The notes beneath the pieces were generated by a model. It had not been told where the DNA came from and made no database searches. It saw only the letters and a program-made list of their open reading frames with translations. From the human T2T-CHM13v2.0 reference genome, Homo sapiens: 64,000 nt of DNA. The stretch lies in the NCBI RefSeq assembly GCF_009914755.1, contig NC_060926.1. One strand, written 5' to 3'. A program made the position numbers and the translations under genes. Shown here in pieces: positions 1 to 14,925 of this stretch (the first letter of the stretch is position 1; the number at the start of each line of letters is the position of its first letter).

Positions 1-53
1 TACACCTATTCCAAGACTGCTGAGGAAAAGTATACAACCATGCAGACTGGAGC

Positions 54-205
54 CAAGACAAATTCATTCCAACTATTTATCTCTCTATCTATATCTATCT
101 ATCTAATCTTTCATCTACTCATTGCTTTAACTCTATCAAGACAAATTCATTCCTTCTATCTATTTATCTATCTATCTAATCTTTTGTCAAACTGCTTTAA
201 CTCTA
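54..205. repeat. Imperfect two-copy tandem duplication with (TATC)n cores
   Basis: CAAGACAAATTCATTCC occurs at 54 and 137; each copy is followed by a (TATC)-like run, TAATCTTT and TGCTTTAACTCTA. Confidence 0.85.
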
Positions 206-451
206 ATCACTCTCTTTGATTTTTACTCTTTACTTTTTCTCCTTTTCTCTTGAAGTCAAATTCTGAGGCAGATTATCCACACTCATTGGAAACAAATAAC
301 TGCAAATAGTTACTCAACTATCTCTCATTTGATCTCCAAATCTGTAAAATCTGTTTTAAACTTCCAACATTTTGTGCAATTGGTTCTCCAGAGTTTAGTC
401 AAGGCATCATTATTTCTAAACCAATGCGTCATTATCATTTATGGTACCACA

Positions 452-868
452 TGTCTTGGCCCATTTTGCATTGCTATAAAGGAAATACCTGAGGCTGAGT
501 GATTTATTTTAAAAAGACTTTTATTTGGCTCACAGTTCTGTAGGCTTCATAGGCATGGCATGGGCATCTGTTTCTGGTAAGGATCTCAGGAAGCTTTTAT
601 TCATGGCAAAAGGCAAAGGGGGTGCAGTCATGTCAAATGGAGAGAGTGGGAGCAAGAGAGATAGGTGGAGATGCCAGGCTCCTTTTAACAATCAGATCTC
701 TCAGGAACGAATAGAGAAAGAGTTCATTTATTACTGCAAGGCAGCATCAAGCCACTTATGAGGAATCAGACCCTTGACCCAAACACCTCCCACCAGGTCC
801 ACCTCCAATGTTCAGGATCAAATTTCAACATGAGATTTGGAAGGGACAAGCATCCAAATTATACATCA
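452..868 (-). mobile_element. MaLR solo LTR, MSTB-like
   Basis: TG...CA ends; TTGCTATAAAGGAAATACCTGAGGCTG, TTTGGCTCACAGTTCTG and TTTCAACATGAGATTTGG are typical MST motifs. Confidence 0.85.
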
Positions 869-899
869 CCGCTACAACATTTGCGCATCACCCCCCAAA

Positions 900-1260
900 A
901 ATCTGGGTTATTTGATGTCATTCATTGATTCTTCTAACTCTGATGGTTCCATCTCAACCTCTCTTCAGGAGTCTCCTTCCTGCTCTTCTTTAATTAAATT
1001 CCCAATTCCACATTCCTTAAGTTCTTTCCTTAATTCACTCTTCTTTTCTCTATATACATAATCCCTCTTTTATACCCAAAGGTCCAACTCCCCCTTAGAC
1101 ACTGATGTCCCCAAATCTTATCCCCAAGTCAAAAATCTCTCCAGAGCTGCAAATCTGTCTGCCCGCTGGGCATTCCACTTGAACATTCTCTAGGCATCAC
1201 AAGCCCTAAATATTCAAAACTAAATCCACCTTCTTTTCTTTCAAATATGTTCCCCACAAA
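900..1260 (+). mobile_element. L2 fragment
   Basis: Degenerate pyrimidine-rich L2-like motifs (ACTGATGTCCCCAAATCTTAT, GGCATTCCACTTGAAC, TTCAAAACTAAAT). Confidence 0.6.
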
Positions 1261-2306
1261 TCTGTGTCTGATGCATAGTTGGTTGCTAAACAGCCTTTAA
1301 CTGTTCAGCCTTTATCTGATTAGAGAAGACACTGAGCTTGGAATCCCTGAATAACTTATCCAAACAGCTCCTAATTCCATTCAGATCTCTTAGCTCTTCA
1401 TTTGAAGAGCTTAGAACAATTTATCATCATTAAGTATTCTCCTTCATTATTGAGAATGCTAAGTCTGAGATAAACTTCATTAAATGGGGTCCCCAAGCTT
1501 CAACTCATAGGTTTAGTATCGTCTGGAGCTTTCCCCAAGTGGATACAGCAAGTCAGGAGTGGAGTAGGCAATAACCTGCTTTGTGGATTCCTGAGTCAGG
1601 CAGGGTGTGATGGCCTGTCCTGACAGCCCACCAGCTCTCAGAGTCTTGCTATTGGAACTCACAGGTGAGATTTATTTGGATGTCTTCTGCAAGTGATGGA
1701 AGAGTCTAATCCTTGGATTTAGTTTATTAGTTTGTTTAACCTGTCAGCATTATTCTGATTGTTTAGTGCCAGCGTCATAGGCTACAAGATGCAAAATAGG
1801 TGAAGCGGCTAATAAGTTAAGAAAACTCTGATTAAGTTCCATGAGGACTCAACAAGCATTGTACAGGTTAATTGAATTTTTATAGATTAATTCTCCTTTC
1901 CCGATTCTAAGAGGTTGTTCTCTTTCAAAGCCCTCTGCCAAACCGGTGATGGGAGAAATTAAAAATCCCAAACTAAATAAATTGTCCCTGCTTTTATCCT
2001 GGGGATCATAATGCACAAAGCAGCAAATATGAGGTGTGTAGGGAAGAAATAGTAACTGAGTCTTCGGGTTCTGTGGACACAGCAATAGGTATACAAGGTA
2101 AACTTCTGACCTAATAATAAATAATCAATCACACTGAGGATTTATTGACTCTAATGGTTGAAAAAGTTTTCCAGACCTTAAGCAAAATTCTAAGTGGTCT
2201 GTGCTTTTCATATTTGAATAAAGTCACACTGGGATTGAGCTGAGGCTACTATATGCTAACTATTATCCATAAATTAGAAACAGATGTAGGTGAAAATATG
2301 CATTTT

Positions 2307-2797
2307 AAATTAATAGAAGTTATTTTTAGGGAAGTTTTAGATTTACAGAAAAATTGAATGGAAAGGACAGAGTTGCTGTATAACTGCCAACACACAGTTT
2401 CCACTGTTATTAATATCTTGCATTAGTGTAATACATTTGTTACAATTGATGAACCAATATTGATACATCACTAACAGATTTCAAAGAATGTAAAAAGACA
2501 TGTATCTACCAATATCATACAGATTCATACAGTAATCATACAGAATAGTGTCGTTGCCCTAAAATTCCCCCTGCTCTAACTACTCATCCCTTCTTCCCCA
2601 TCTCTGCCACAAACCCCGGCAACCAGTGATGTTTTCCTGTCTCCATAGTTTTGCCTTTTCCAGAATGCCATAGAGCTGGAATCATGGAGGGTATGGACTT
2701 TGTAGATGGGATTCTTTTACTTACCTTAAGCTTCCTCCATTTCTTTTCATGGCACATTTCTTTTTATACCTAAATAATATGCCATTGTATAGATATG
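2307..2797 (-). mobile_element. L1MC-type 3' end fragment
   Basis: TTTTAGATTTACAGAAAAATTG...CATTTGTTACAATTGATGAACCAATATTGATACAT; degenerate TSD AAATATG(C/T)ATTTT at about 2294 and 2799. Confidence 0.8.
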
Positions 2798-2989
2798 GAA
2801 ATATGTATTTTTAACAATAGACCATAGAATCCTCCTGGATCTCAGAGACCCTAAAGAAGAAGTTACACCACTTTCTTCTCTCTCCAATGGGGAAGGATCA
2901 TGTAGAATTCATTTACTGAGGGAAGACTGGTTTATAAATGGCAACCACATCAGTATACTGTTGAAAAAATTCTTTCTACATTCTCCACC

Positions 2990-3762
2990 TCAATTGATGC
3001 ACTATCACAAATTTCTTCCACCCAACCACCTAAAACCTGAAGACTTTAACTCCTAAATTTCTTAAGTTTCATTAAATCTTATATTTCTTAAAAAATTCTC
3101 CCATTTCTAACTAGTTCAGACTCTCATCATTTCTCCACTAACCACTGTGATACTCTTCTATTTGGTCTTTCTGATTTCAGCTATGCCCTCCTTCTATCTG
3201 TATTCCTCATTATTGCTAGAGAGATCTTTCTGATATGTAAATCTTATGTCAGTCTTCTGCTAAAATCATTTGGTGACTCTTCACTCCCTTTGCATGAAGT
3301 TCGAGTCTTTCATCTTGCCTCTCCAGGTGTATTTTTGGTTCCTCTCTGTCTCACACTTTGACCTGTGCCAACACCATTTCTTGTGTAACATTTTTCCTGA
3401 CCTCTTTGACTGCTTTGCTCTCTTTTCTCTTTCTGAAATGCCATCCTATGACCCCCTAATCAACTTCACTTGAATTTGGACTTAGCTGACACATTCCATA
3501 TTACAAGATGCCTTTTCTGAAATTACTTTTTCTTTTCTCTCTTCTGTCTAAACTGTGTTGAGTCCCCTGTTCTGTGTTGCAATAAACCTTGTCCATATCT
3601 CTCCTTTTGAACCTCCCTTATCATGTCTTTATAAGATTTTCCAATTCCATACAGGCCTTCTACACTACGAAGGCAGAGATTCATTCACCATTAAATTTGC
3701 CACCCCTGGCATAGAATCTGATATATATATAACACAGTTTACAGATACTCCTTAAATGAATG
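2990..3762 (+). mobile_element. L2 3' portion
   Basis: CTAGTTCAGACTCTCATCATTTCTC, GAGAGATCTTTCTGA and GAAGGCAGAGA motifs, ending in an AAATGAATG tail. Confidence 0.7.
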
Positions 3763-4216
3763 TAAGAGCAGATGTCCAAGGCCAAGCTGACTCTTGACTG
3801 GTTACTGTGTAGAGCTCTTGTGCTTGAGGGCCCTGACTTTCTCTGTAAGGAGAGGATCAGATAAGATGATTACTGTTGGCCCAAGCCATGGTCTTAGGCA
3901 GAAGGAACCTGGAGTGGACTACAGGATTTTTGGTAATGATCCAGTGCTGTATGCTCCTACGTTCGCTGCTAATGTCTCTGGACTCCATTCCAACACTTAC
4001 AGATTATTTTTCTCTCTGTTCATCACCTGGCATATACCATATTGCCCCACTACCCACCTCTCATCCCCCCTATCTCCCCTGTCTCCCCTTGAGTACAGTC
4101 AGAATATAATCCCTGTGAAGCTTTCCCAATAGGAGACTATGAGAGTCATCCCTCACCTGGCTCCCTTGGAGTCAGAGCTGTGAGATCTGGACTTTCTCAT
4201 GAAATAAGAACCTCTG

Positions 4217-4553
4217 GGCCGGGCACAGTGGCTCACATCTGTAATCCTACTGCTTTGGGAGGCTGAGGCGGGTGGATCATATTTGAGTTTAGGAGTTCGA
4301 AACCAGCCTGGCCAACAGGATGAAACTCTGTCTCTACAAAAAATACAAAAAAATTAGCTGGGTGTGGTGGCGGGCTCCTGTAATCCCAGCTACTCAGAAG
4401 GTTGAGGCAGGAGAATCACTTGAACCTGGGAGGCGGAGGTTGCAGTGAGCCGAGGCTGCACAACTGCACTTCAGCCTGGGTGACAGAGAGAGACTCTGTC
4501 TCAATAAACAAATAAATAAATAAATAAATAAGTAAATAAATAAATAAATAAAA
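4217..4553 (+). mobile_element. AluS with (TAAA)n tail
   Basis: Full dimeric Alu GGCCGGGC...TGTCTC; (AAAT)n tail; degenerate TSD AAGAACC(TC/CT)TG. Confidence 0.97.
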
Positions 4554-5119
4554 GAACCCTTGACTTGAAGAGGGAGTTTATTTGAAAAGACTTAGTGACA
4601 TCAAACTCTACATCTCTGAGAGTCATGATAACAATGCCTACCTCTCACATTTCCCATTCCTCTCTTCTCTCCATCTCTGGCTCAGGTTCCTCCTATTCAT
4701 TCTCTCCTTGGCAATACTGGGAAGCATCCCTGCTCCTTTTGCTTGGAGTGGCCATTTGCCTTTCTCAGTGTTTAAGGTCAAACTAGACCAGCTCTGTTCA
4801 CTTATAAAATATCAGACACCTTTCCCCTCTGTCACTTGAGTAAAGAGTAGCTGCAAGGAATGTGGGAGAGGCAGAACAGAGTTCTGACGTGTTTAACCTA
4901 CTTCTTTAGTCTTTTCTTTAGAGAGTTTCAGCTATCTTTTCCTGACCAAGAAATATTAGCTGTCTTCTTAATGAAGATTGAGGTATCTTGAGAGGGTTGT
5001 CTAGAAACCTACTGACAAATGTGACTGTAATTCCTTAAGACAGGACTGTTTTTTGAGAAAGTACCCTTTCAAGTACCATGCAAATTAGATCTAGATTTTC
5101 TGCTTGCTGAGAAAGAAGG

Positions 5120-5460
5120 GAACTAATATGAATTGAGTGTCTATTCGGCACCAGGCATAAAGCTCAGTGATTTGCATAAATAGCTATCATTTCAAATTTT
5201 TCAACAACCATAATAATAAAATTTGCCAACATTTGTTGAACTCTAATTACATGTCAGGACCTCTGTTAACAGATTTACTTGACCAATTTAATTTCAGCCT
5301 CACAACCACACAGAATATAGGTATTTTTAAATTATCCTTGCTTTTCAGATAAGAATAAAACATAAAGAGAAGTTAACCAACTTGACCACAAAAACATAAT
5401 TAGTAAAGCAAGTCTCAGGTTTGTTCTAGGACCAAATGAATCTGTGCCCAGTCTTCTACA
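5120..5460 (-). mobile_element. MIR fragments (two in tandem)
   Basis: MIR core-like TTTTCAGATAAGAA...AGAGAAGTTAACCAACTTGACCA and CCTCACAACCAC. Confidence 0.6.
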
Positions 5461-5879
5461 TAGGATGCTATGCTGATTTTTGACTGCAGGAGACAGGCAT
5501 TGTTGTTATTATTATTTTCAGTTTACAGTCCAAGAACACAGTTTGAAAACAGAGACAAAACAAGGTTGGAAAATCAACCTTGTCTCATCCTCAACACAAG
5601 GTCTTCAACTCACACTCTGATGGAATAGAAACTGGAGGTTCTGACCCAGGATCCACGTCCTGAAGTGGGGCCTTGTGAATGAGGTGTGGGCTAAGAAAAG
5701 CACTACATCACGCTATCCCAGGGACACCCCGAAACAATCTCTCCAGGTTCCTCTGACTCCAGGCTACTTTGTTGTTGTGTAAACATCAGTTATTTCTATT
5801 TTGGTCTTGAAGTCTCTACTGGGAGAGGGGCTATCAATTCCTGCCCTGCCCTAATGAGCTCCAGGGGAGGTGGTCATGT

Positions 5880-6710
5880 ATATTTACAAGCGTGTCTTTC
5901 AGGGTGCACTTCTTAATCCTGGTGGACAACCTAATGTCTAAAAGTCCAACTCATGACCAAGTGTCCCTCTCACAAGAAACTTATTTATGCTGTCAGATGT
6001 CTTTATGGCTCTTGTCTGACTTCTCTTCAGCTTCTTTCTACCAAGACAGTCACTCTCTAGGAGAGCCCTGATGAGGAAAGGGTTAGGTTCAGCCGTGTTG
6101 ATGAGGCAAGGCACAGAGGAGACCACACAACAAAACACATGAAATTACAGAAGCAATTTTATTACTTACAGATTCCAGGGAGAAGAGGGCTGCAGCCTTC
6201 ACAGGACCAATGGGAAGTGGGGGCTGAGGGAATGCCTGGATGCCTGGGACACACACTTAACAAGCAGATGAAGAATAAGAGAGAGAGCGAGAAAGATAGA
6301 GAGATAAGAGAGACTCATGGATCAAAGTCTTCACTGAGATCCAGAGCATTACCCATGCAGATTTCCCTCAGGACATTCTAACTGGTGGATTTACAGCAAG
6401 CAGTCTGAGCTCAGTAGAGTATGCTGCTACTGGGAGCACTCACTGTGGCACATATTGGCAGTCCATGCAGGGTGTGGGGGCCAGTGGGGCAGGTCAAGTA
6501 GCATGTATCTAGCTGTCCTTTACGGATGTGGTCACTAGGAGCTGGTTGTATAAGGCACATATCTAAATCGATCACACTGAGGAACTGGGAGCAGGTAGAA
6601 AACTGGAAACTGCGTCAAGGGTGACTGAAATTCTGCTTCTGGTACGAAAAACTTAAATTTATATTGAAAATGGATGCCAAGGCAACATAAAGTTATAAGA
6701 ATTCACTACA
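5880..6710 (-). mobile_element. ERVL-class solo LTR, MER54-like
   Basis: Reverse complement starts TGTAGTGAATTCTTATAACTTTATGTTGCCTTGGCATCCATTTT, as I recall the MER54 5' end; poly(A) signal on - strand near 6160; left edge approximate. Confidence 0.7.
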
Positions 6711-7636
6711 TTTATTTATTCACAGTACATGTAACTCTAGAGAAGGAACAAAGAAACTGGTGTATCCATCCCAGAACAGTATCTTAGTATTCTAAAACTG
6801 GTTGAATCACAGAAAAATACATTGGATTTTAATGCAATTTCCACTCTGGTGTTTCCACTTACATTAAGGGATTGAATTTCCAAGGCTCACCCAGGTGAGG
6901 CAGACTAATGTCCCCAGGAGAAGTCACTTGTCAGACAAATAGGATATCCCAGGTGGCCAAATATACCTTGATTGCAGACTCATAAACCGAAGGATTAAGC
7001 GTACCTCATAGAATGAGGGAAAAGATCTCCCTCAATGGTTCTTTTTCTGTTAAAATACATGGCACTATTGTAAGAACTCAATAAACGTCTGCTAAGAACT
7101 CAATAGGTATCTATTGTGGTTATAAAGATGAAAAATTGAGCAAAGCCAAATTGGGAGTAAACTTTGGGTAACCAGAGATAGACATTGTCAGAGTTTTTGG
7201 TCATAAGGGAGACATGTAGACTCTTTTTAATATGGCACTTGGGCTCATAAAAGATCTGGACAGTGAGGCATGAAGAAATGAATTGCTGACTAAAGTAGTG
7301 GGTTTTATTGAATACCAACTGATCTTATCCGCCATCCTTATGCATAAACTGTAGAGTAAAATATTCAATGAGATCTTCATCTTTGTAGAGAATTCCAAAC
7401 TATCTTGAGTGTGACAAACCAAGATGACAAGGAAAGACTATAGTGGGGTTTTGTACAAAATTTGTGGGAGTGGACATAATAGTGACAAGGGGAATTCTGT
7501 GTGTACAGAGGCAAAGCAGTGCATTTCAGGTTACTAGTCATAGGGATTGAAGGGAAGAAAATGTCAAGTGATTATAAAACAAAACTTGAATATTTAATTG
7601 GGAAAAAAGTTTAAAAATTGTTATAGGACACACAAA

Positions 7637-7807
7637 TATATATATACACACACACACACAAACACATCTCCGTGAGTATATATGCATATATGTAGATACG
7701 TGTGTGTGTATATATATACATATATATACACATATATATACATATATACATATATACATACATATACATATATACATATATATACACATATATATATATA
7801 TATATAT
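7637..7807. repeat. Compound (TA)n/(CA)n/(TATACA)n microsatellite
   Basis: Directly visible alternating purine-pyrimidine repeat; source of the YI/CV-rich ORFs. Confidence 0.95.
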
Positions 7808-8145
7808 TTCTGCATGTATACAGGTAAATTCAGGTGCACAGATGCAGATTTGATCCTGATCCTAGAGTTTGTGTTACTACCTTTATTAATCTGTGCATGG
7901 TATGGTATCTTTTCAATGTTTTATTATATTCTACACTCTTTTTGCTTTCTCGATCTTACCCCAGTAGCTACCCACAGTTAATTTACATTATTGCTTACAT
8001 AGATATTATTTTATATAAAGAATTCTGACTATTCCACACATGACTTTTTCTGAAACCTACCAATGTTGACATCTCTCTATCCACCTGTCAATATAGGTTA
8101 ACATAGATCAATCTATAGATAGATAGAAATTTAGAACATTTCTTT

Positions 8146-8916
<771 letters not shown>

Positions 8917-9504
8917 AATTTAGAACATTTCTTTTGACTGATGAATAACACTCCATCCTTCTAATATAACACACTTTTGGTGGACACAGGCTGTTTTAAA
9001 TTTTAGGTATTGCAGACAATGCTGAAAGCAATATTTTTGCCCCATTTATGCATACCTCTGGGTATCTGTGTGAGAATTTTTCCATATCTAGTATTTGAAA
9101 TGTGCATATTTAATTTTATTACATACTTCCAAATGGCTCTCCAGAATAACTATAATAGTTTTCAAGTCCAGTGTTTTCAACATTCTCACCAGAACCTGTT
9201 TTCATCTGACTTTAATTTTTGCCAGGCAAATGGCTATAAGATGATGTATTAACATTATTTTGAATTGCAGGTTTTTGATAACTAATGAGATAAGACATCT
9301 CTACATGTGCATTAGCCATTCTGGTTTTGCCTTTTGTGGAATCCCATTCATAGTTTCCTCAGCTTTCTGTTGAGATTACTATGTTTCTTTTGCTGATTTG
9401 TAGGCATAAGATATACTCTAGATATTAATCCTTTTTTAGTCATACATATGATAATTTCTTCTCCCACTCCATAACTATTTAATACTTAATAATTTTTTGG
9501 TTTT

Positions 9505-11150
9505 CTAACATTTATTTTATTTTTTAAACTGACACATAATAATTGTACATATTTATGGTTACACAGTGATAGTTTGATACATATAATGTATAGGGATCAG
9601 ATCAGGGTAATGAGCATATCCATCATCTCAAATGTCGATCACTTCTTTGTGCTGGGAATGTTCGACATCCTCCTTCTAGCTATTTGAAATTATATCAGAT
9701 ATTATTGTTATCTATAGTCTTCCTACAGTGCTATAGAGCACCGGAACTTACTCCTCCGATCTAGCTGTAATTTCGTATCCTTTAACAAATCTATCCTTCC
9801 TTTTCCTCTACCTTTAGTATCCTCTATTCTACTTTTTACTTCTATGAGATCAACTTTTTTAGCTTCCACATATGAGTGAGAACATGTGGTGTTTAACTTT
9901 CTGTTCCTTGCTTATTTCACATAACATAATGTCCTCCAGCAATGTCCATGTTGCTGTGAATGACAGGATTTTATTCTTTTTATGGCTGAATAGTATTCTA
10001 TTGTGTATATATATCACCTTTTCTTTACCCATCTGTTGTTGGACACCTAGGTTGATTTCCTATTTTAACTATTGTAAATTAGGCTGCAATAAGCATGGGG
10101 GTACAGAAGTCTCTTCAATATATTGATTTTCTTTCCTCTGGATACATGCCCAGTAGTGGGATTGCTGAAGCATATGGTAGTTCTATTTGTAGAATTTGAG
10201 GAACCTCCATACTGTTCTTCATCATGACTTAACTAGTTTAAATTCCTATGAACAGTGTATGAGTTTGATTTTCTCCATAACCTCACCAACATTTGTTTTT
10301 TTTCTTTCTGATAATAGCCATCCTAACTGGTGTAAAATGACACTTCACTGTGATTTTCATTTTCATTTCTCTGATGATTAATGATGTTGAGCATTTTTTT
10401 GATATATTTATTGGCCATATGGATGTCTTCTTTTGAGAAATGTCTATTCAGATGATTTGTCCATTTTTATTTATTTCGAGATTGAGTTTTGCTCTTGTTG
10501 CCCAGGCTGCAGTACAGTGGCATGATCTCGGCTCACTGCAAGCTCAGCTTCCCAGGTTCAAGTGATTCTCCTGCCTCAGCCTTCTGAGTACCTGGGATTA
10601 CAGGTGCCCATCACCATGCCTGGCTAATTTTTTCTATTTTCTGCAGAGACAGGGTTTCATCATGTTGGCCAGGCTAGTCTCAAACTCCTGACCTCAGGTG
10701 ATCCACCCACCTCAGCCCCCCAAATTTCTGGGATTACAGTCATGAGCCACAGCGCCCAGCCCATTTGTCCATTTTTAAATTGGATTATTTGTTTTTTTGC
10801 TGTTGAGATGTTTGAGCTTCTTGTATATTCTGGATATTAACACAAATACTTTCTCCCATTTTGTAGATTGTCTTTTCACTCTGTGGATTGTTTCCTTTGC
10901 AGTGCAGAAGATTTTTAGCTTGATATATTCCCATTTGTTTATTTTTGCTTTTGTTCCCTGTGCTTTCGAGCTCTTATTCATAAAGCCTTTTTTCAGACCA
11001 ATGTCCGGAAGCATTTCCCCTGTTTTGTCTTCTAGAAGTTTTATAGTTTCAGGTCATACATTTAGGTCTTTGATCCATTTTGACCTGGTTTTTGTATAGG
11101 GTGAGAGGTGGGAGTCTGGTTTCATTCTCCTGCATATGGATAACCAGTTA
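9505..11150 (-). mobile_element. L1MA 3' fragment with ORF2 C-terminal remnants
   Basis: ACACATAATAATTGTACATATTTATGG 3' end; ORF 10775-11014 ([28 protein letters not shown]) is L1 ORF2-like. Confidence 0.92.
10470..10761 (-). mobile_element. AluS (Sq/Sp-like) inserted in L1MA
   Basis: Antisense Alu with GCTCTTGTTGCCCAGG; 15-bp TSD ATTTGTCCATTTTTA at 10455-10469 and 10763-10777. Confidence 0.96.
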
Positions 11151-11743
11151 CCACCTAATTTTGACATTTTCAAATCCACTAAATGTTTCATTTTATGGTT
11201 TTTTTTTTTTTTGCTCTTGAGGTTTTGTTCAAGAAATTATTTTCCTTCTCTATTGCATATTTTCTTCAAATGATTTTGAAGTTTTACCTTTAATATTTTT
11301 ATTTTTAATCTACCAGGAAATTATTTTTATTTACTCTTTCAGATACAATCTAATTTTAGTTTTCTCCATATTGAAAACAGCCTTCTGGATCTTGCCTATC
11401 AATCTCCTTCCTGCTGCCCTATATTGTCTCCTTTATCAAACAGGAAGTTTTATATATATGAGTATATTTTTGTATTCTCCAGACTGTTCTCTTGGTCTAT
11501 TTCTCTCTCTGTGACCCATTTCTACACTGTTTTAATTACCTTGGCTTTGCAATATGTTTTAACATATCACAACTTTTTTTGAGAATTTTTTTCTTCTCTT
11601 CTTGAATCTTTGCTTTTTTATGTGCATTTTATAATCATATTGTGTGATTCCACCTACCCACTCCCTCAAGTTTCAACTGGAGTTGTACTACATATTTGGA
11701 TTAACTTGGGAAGAACTGATAGATTTTTAATATTAAATCCTCA

Positions 11744-12257
11744 GTCAAAAAACAAAATTACACAAATTTAGTTTAAAAATCTCAATTGGCTTTATTACAA
11801 TTCTAGAATTGGGTATCAGTTCATTTTGTAAAATAAAAAGTGTTTCAATGAATCCAGCAGAGGAGTATGGCTTTATAGACAGAAAAAGGACTGAAGAATG
11901 CAGAAACAAAGAACAAAAAGCAGATTGATTATTTCAAAGTTATAATACTTTCCTTGTAAGGCAGGAACAAGGAGAAAGAACAATAGAAAAATAACTGATT
12001 GGTTAACATCAGGTTACTTCAGGCTACCATATTTGTGTAAGATGAGAGAATTTTGTTATCATACAGATTGATGATTTAAACTGGTCTAATTAGGAGATTG
12101 GCTATCTCTGGCTCCTGATTTCTCTAAAGGTCTGATAACAACTTAGTTTTCCTTAGAAACTTTAGCATGTGTAATTCCACTTTGATTTTTAGTTTGGTCT
12201 GCTGGTGCCTAGTACAGAAGCTTGATCCAAAACAATGGCCCACTATAATTTTTAACA
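11744..12257 (-). mobile_element. ERV1 (MER4-group) solo LTR
   Basis: Reverse complement begins TGTTAAAAATTATAGTGGGCCATTGTTTTGGA; AATAAA on - strand near 11790; 4-bp TSD CTCA at 11740-11743 and 12258-12261. Confidence 0.75.
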
Positions 12258-13515
12258 CTCATTTCCACAAATCTGGTACATTTCTCCTTTGCTTCAGTTC
12301 TCTTCTGTCCTTCAATAACACTTTATAATTTTCTCCATAAAATTTCTCACATTTTTATTAGTCAATTGCTTTATACTTTGCATTTTTATTTTCATAAATG
12401 CTATCTTCTTTTAGGTACATTTTCTAATCAGTAATTGCCAGTATAAAGATACTATTGATTTATTTATGTTGGTATTTTACTTTTCATCATTTTATCTAAT
12501 GTATCCAATAGCCTGTTTATTCTTTTGAGTTTTCTGTATAAAGGATCATAATATATGCAAATTACAGGAGTTTTATCTCTTATTTTCAAGTACTTAGACT
12601 ATGTTGCACTTTGTTGGGGGTTTCACTGTATTAGTCGGAACTTCCAATATTATGCTTAAGAGCAATGGTGATAATAAAATATTTGGTATATTCCTAACTT
12701 CGACAAAATGTTTCTAAGATTTCTTCATTATGGAGGTTTTTGAAAATATTTATAGTTTGGACAGTTCACTTTTAAATTTTTCATTAAGACCTTTCATTTT
12801 TAAATTGAACCTAAGTGCTGAATTATTTTATATGCTTTTCCTACATACATTTAAACCACTCTTATGTTTCTTCCATTAATGTCACTGGTTATCACGTAAC
12901 CTCAGATTATTAACAGACTCTTCCTCTTCTCAAGACTACTGAAGAAATCTTGTCTTTGCCCATGCACTTATTGGGTGTTGTTGTCCATATAGGAACTAAC
13001 AGGTGAGGAGAAGGATTTAAAGAAACTTGGGTGCTGCAACCAATTTTTAGAAAACTAAAAGGATTTTTTTCTCTCGTTAAAGATATAAATCAATGCAGAA
13101 TTGAGAAACTGAGATAGTTAAAGCCAGCATAGCCTGGAGAACTTGAAGTAAATTAGAGAAAGTGGAAGAGAGACTGGGGGCAGATATTCTATAATGAGTA
13201 AGACTTCCAGAAAAAAATATTTTTAAGATTGGTGAATGTTACTAATGTCTTTTTCTGAGTAACTGAATAACATAATTGTTCTTCATTTTCTCTGGTTCTT
13301 AGACTTGTGTATTTCTTTAGAGTGGCCATCTGTGCTCAGATTGGGCCACAGAGTGGTGAACATTAGGTGATTTACACCTCAGCTTGGAAATCCTAAATTT
13401 TCATACTTGTGAAATTTGAGGAATAAAGAAAGCACAGGAATTATAACTTGCATATGTTGATTAACTAAAAAAGCCCAACAGTAGGAAGCTCTAGTCACCA
13501 GTGCCTTAAGTATGA

Positions 13516-13853
<338 letters not shown>

Positions 13854-14314
13854 TTAACTTAAATGATTTCTAAGGACTTGTTTGGTGCTAATGCTCTACA
13901 ATCACCTGTCACTATTGGTCAGAATGTGAAATAGTAACAAAAGATGTCCACTCACTGTACTTAAAAGATAGTGCGTCCCCCGGTGACAGTCGCTTAAAAG
14001 TCAGCAACTTCCCACATCCCTAATCTTCAATTCAGAGTTGACCCTTTCTCCCATCTTGAGGTGCTCAGTGATCTCATACTATTCTACTACTGCTACAAAC
14101 CCCCACTCGGTGCTCCCCAATTCTGCCCACCTAGATAGACCCACATTGCAGGCATCACACCATCCTTCCTCTAGCAAAGCTGATCTATTGGTTGCCTCAT
14201 TTGCAGAAGCAGTCTTCAGACCTTTAAAATGTGGAATTAATGTGGTCAGTCTTTTCCTTTGGAGGTAGTTACACATGCAATTTATTTATGCGTTTTCTCC
14301 TAAGGGCAGTCTTA

Positions 14315-14624
14315 TTTTTGTTTTTGTTTTTTATTTGAAACAGAGTCTTCCTCTGTCACCCAGGCTGGAGTACAGTGGGACAATCATGGCTCACTGTAAC
14401 CTTGAATTCCTGCTCAACAGATCCTTCTGCTTTTCAGCCTCTTGAGTAGCTGGGACAACAGGCACATGCTACCATGCATGGCTGTTTAAAAAAAAAAAAA
14501 TTGTAGAGACAGGGTCTTGTCACCATGTTGCCCAGGCTGCACTAAAACTCCTGGCCTCAAGCGATCTTCCTACCTCAGCCTCTCAAAGTGCTGGGATTAT
14601 AAACATGAGCTACTATGCCTGACC
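14315..14624 (-). mobile_element. AluJ
   Basis: Diverged antisense Alu with J-type ATCATGGCTCACTGTAACCTTG and GGCCTCAAGCGATC. Confidence 0.93.
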
Positions 14625-14856
14625 TTTACCCAGGCATAAGGTTTTAACTGAAATGTATAACATTAGTCAGTAGAAAGAGGTACTGATAGAAATGTGTAGT
14701 TGGCCAGTCATTCTTCTGCAGTTTCCAATAACATAGTCAATGTCTTTTTGCTTACTTGTGAAGTGAACTGTGTATACTTTCATTCATATGTAAAATCTTC
14801 TTCTTGACCCTTCATAGTGTGTATACTCTGTCTTTCCTAACCACGCCGTTATTCTC

Positions 14857-14925
14857 ATTTTTCATTCATTCATTTAGCAAGTATTTATTGAGTACTTTGT
14901 GTGTCAGAAATTATGACAGGCACCT
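14857..14925 (-). mobile_element. L2 3' tail
   Basis: TTCATTCATTCATTTAGCAAGTATTTATTGAGTAC. Confidence 0.7.

Noticed and set aside
7538-7981. ORFs rich in Y/I/C/V/H
   Set aside because: Translations of the TA/CA microsatellite
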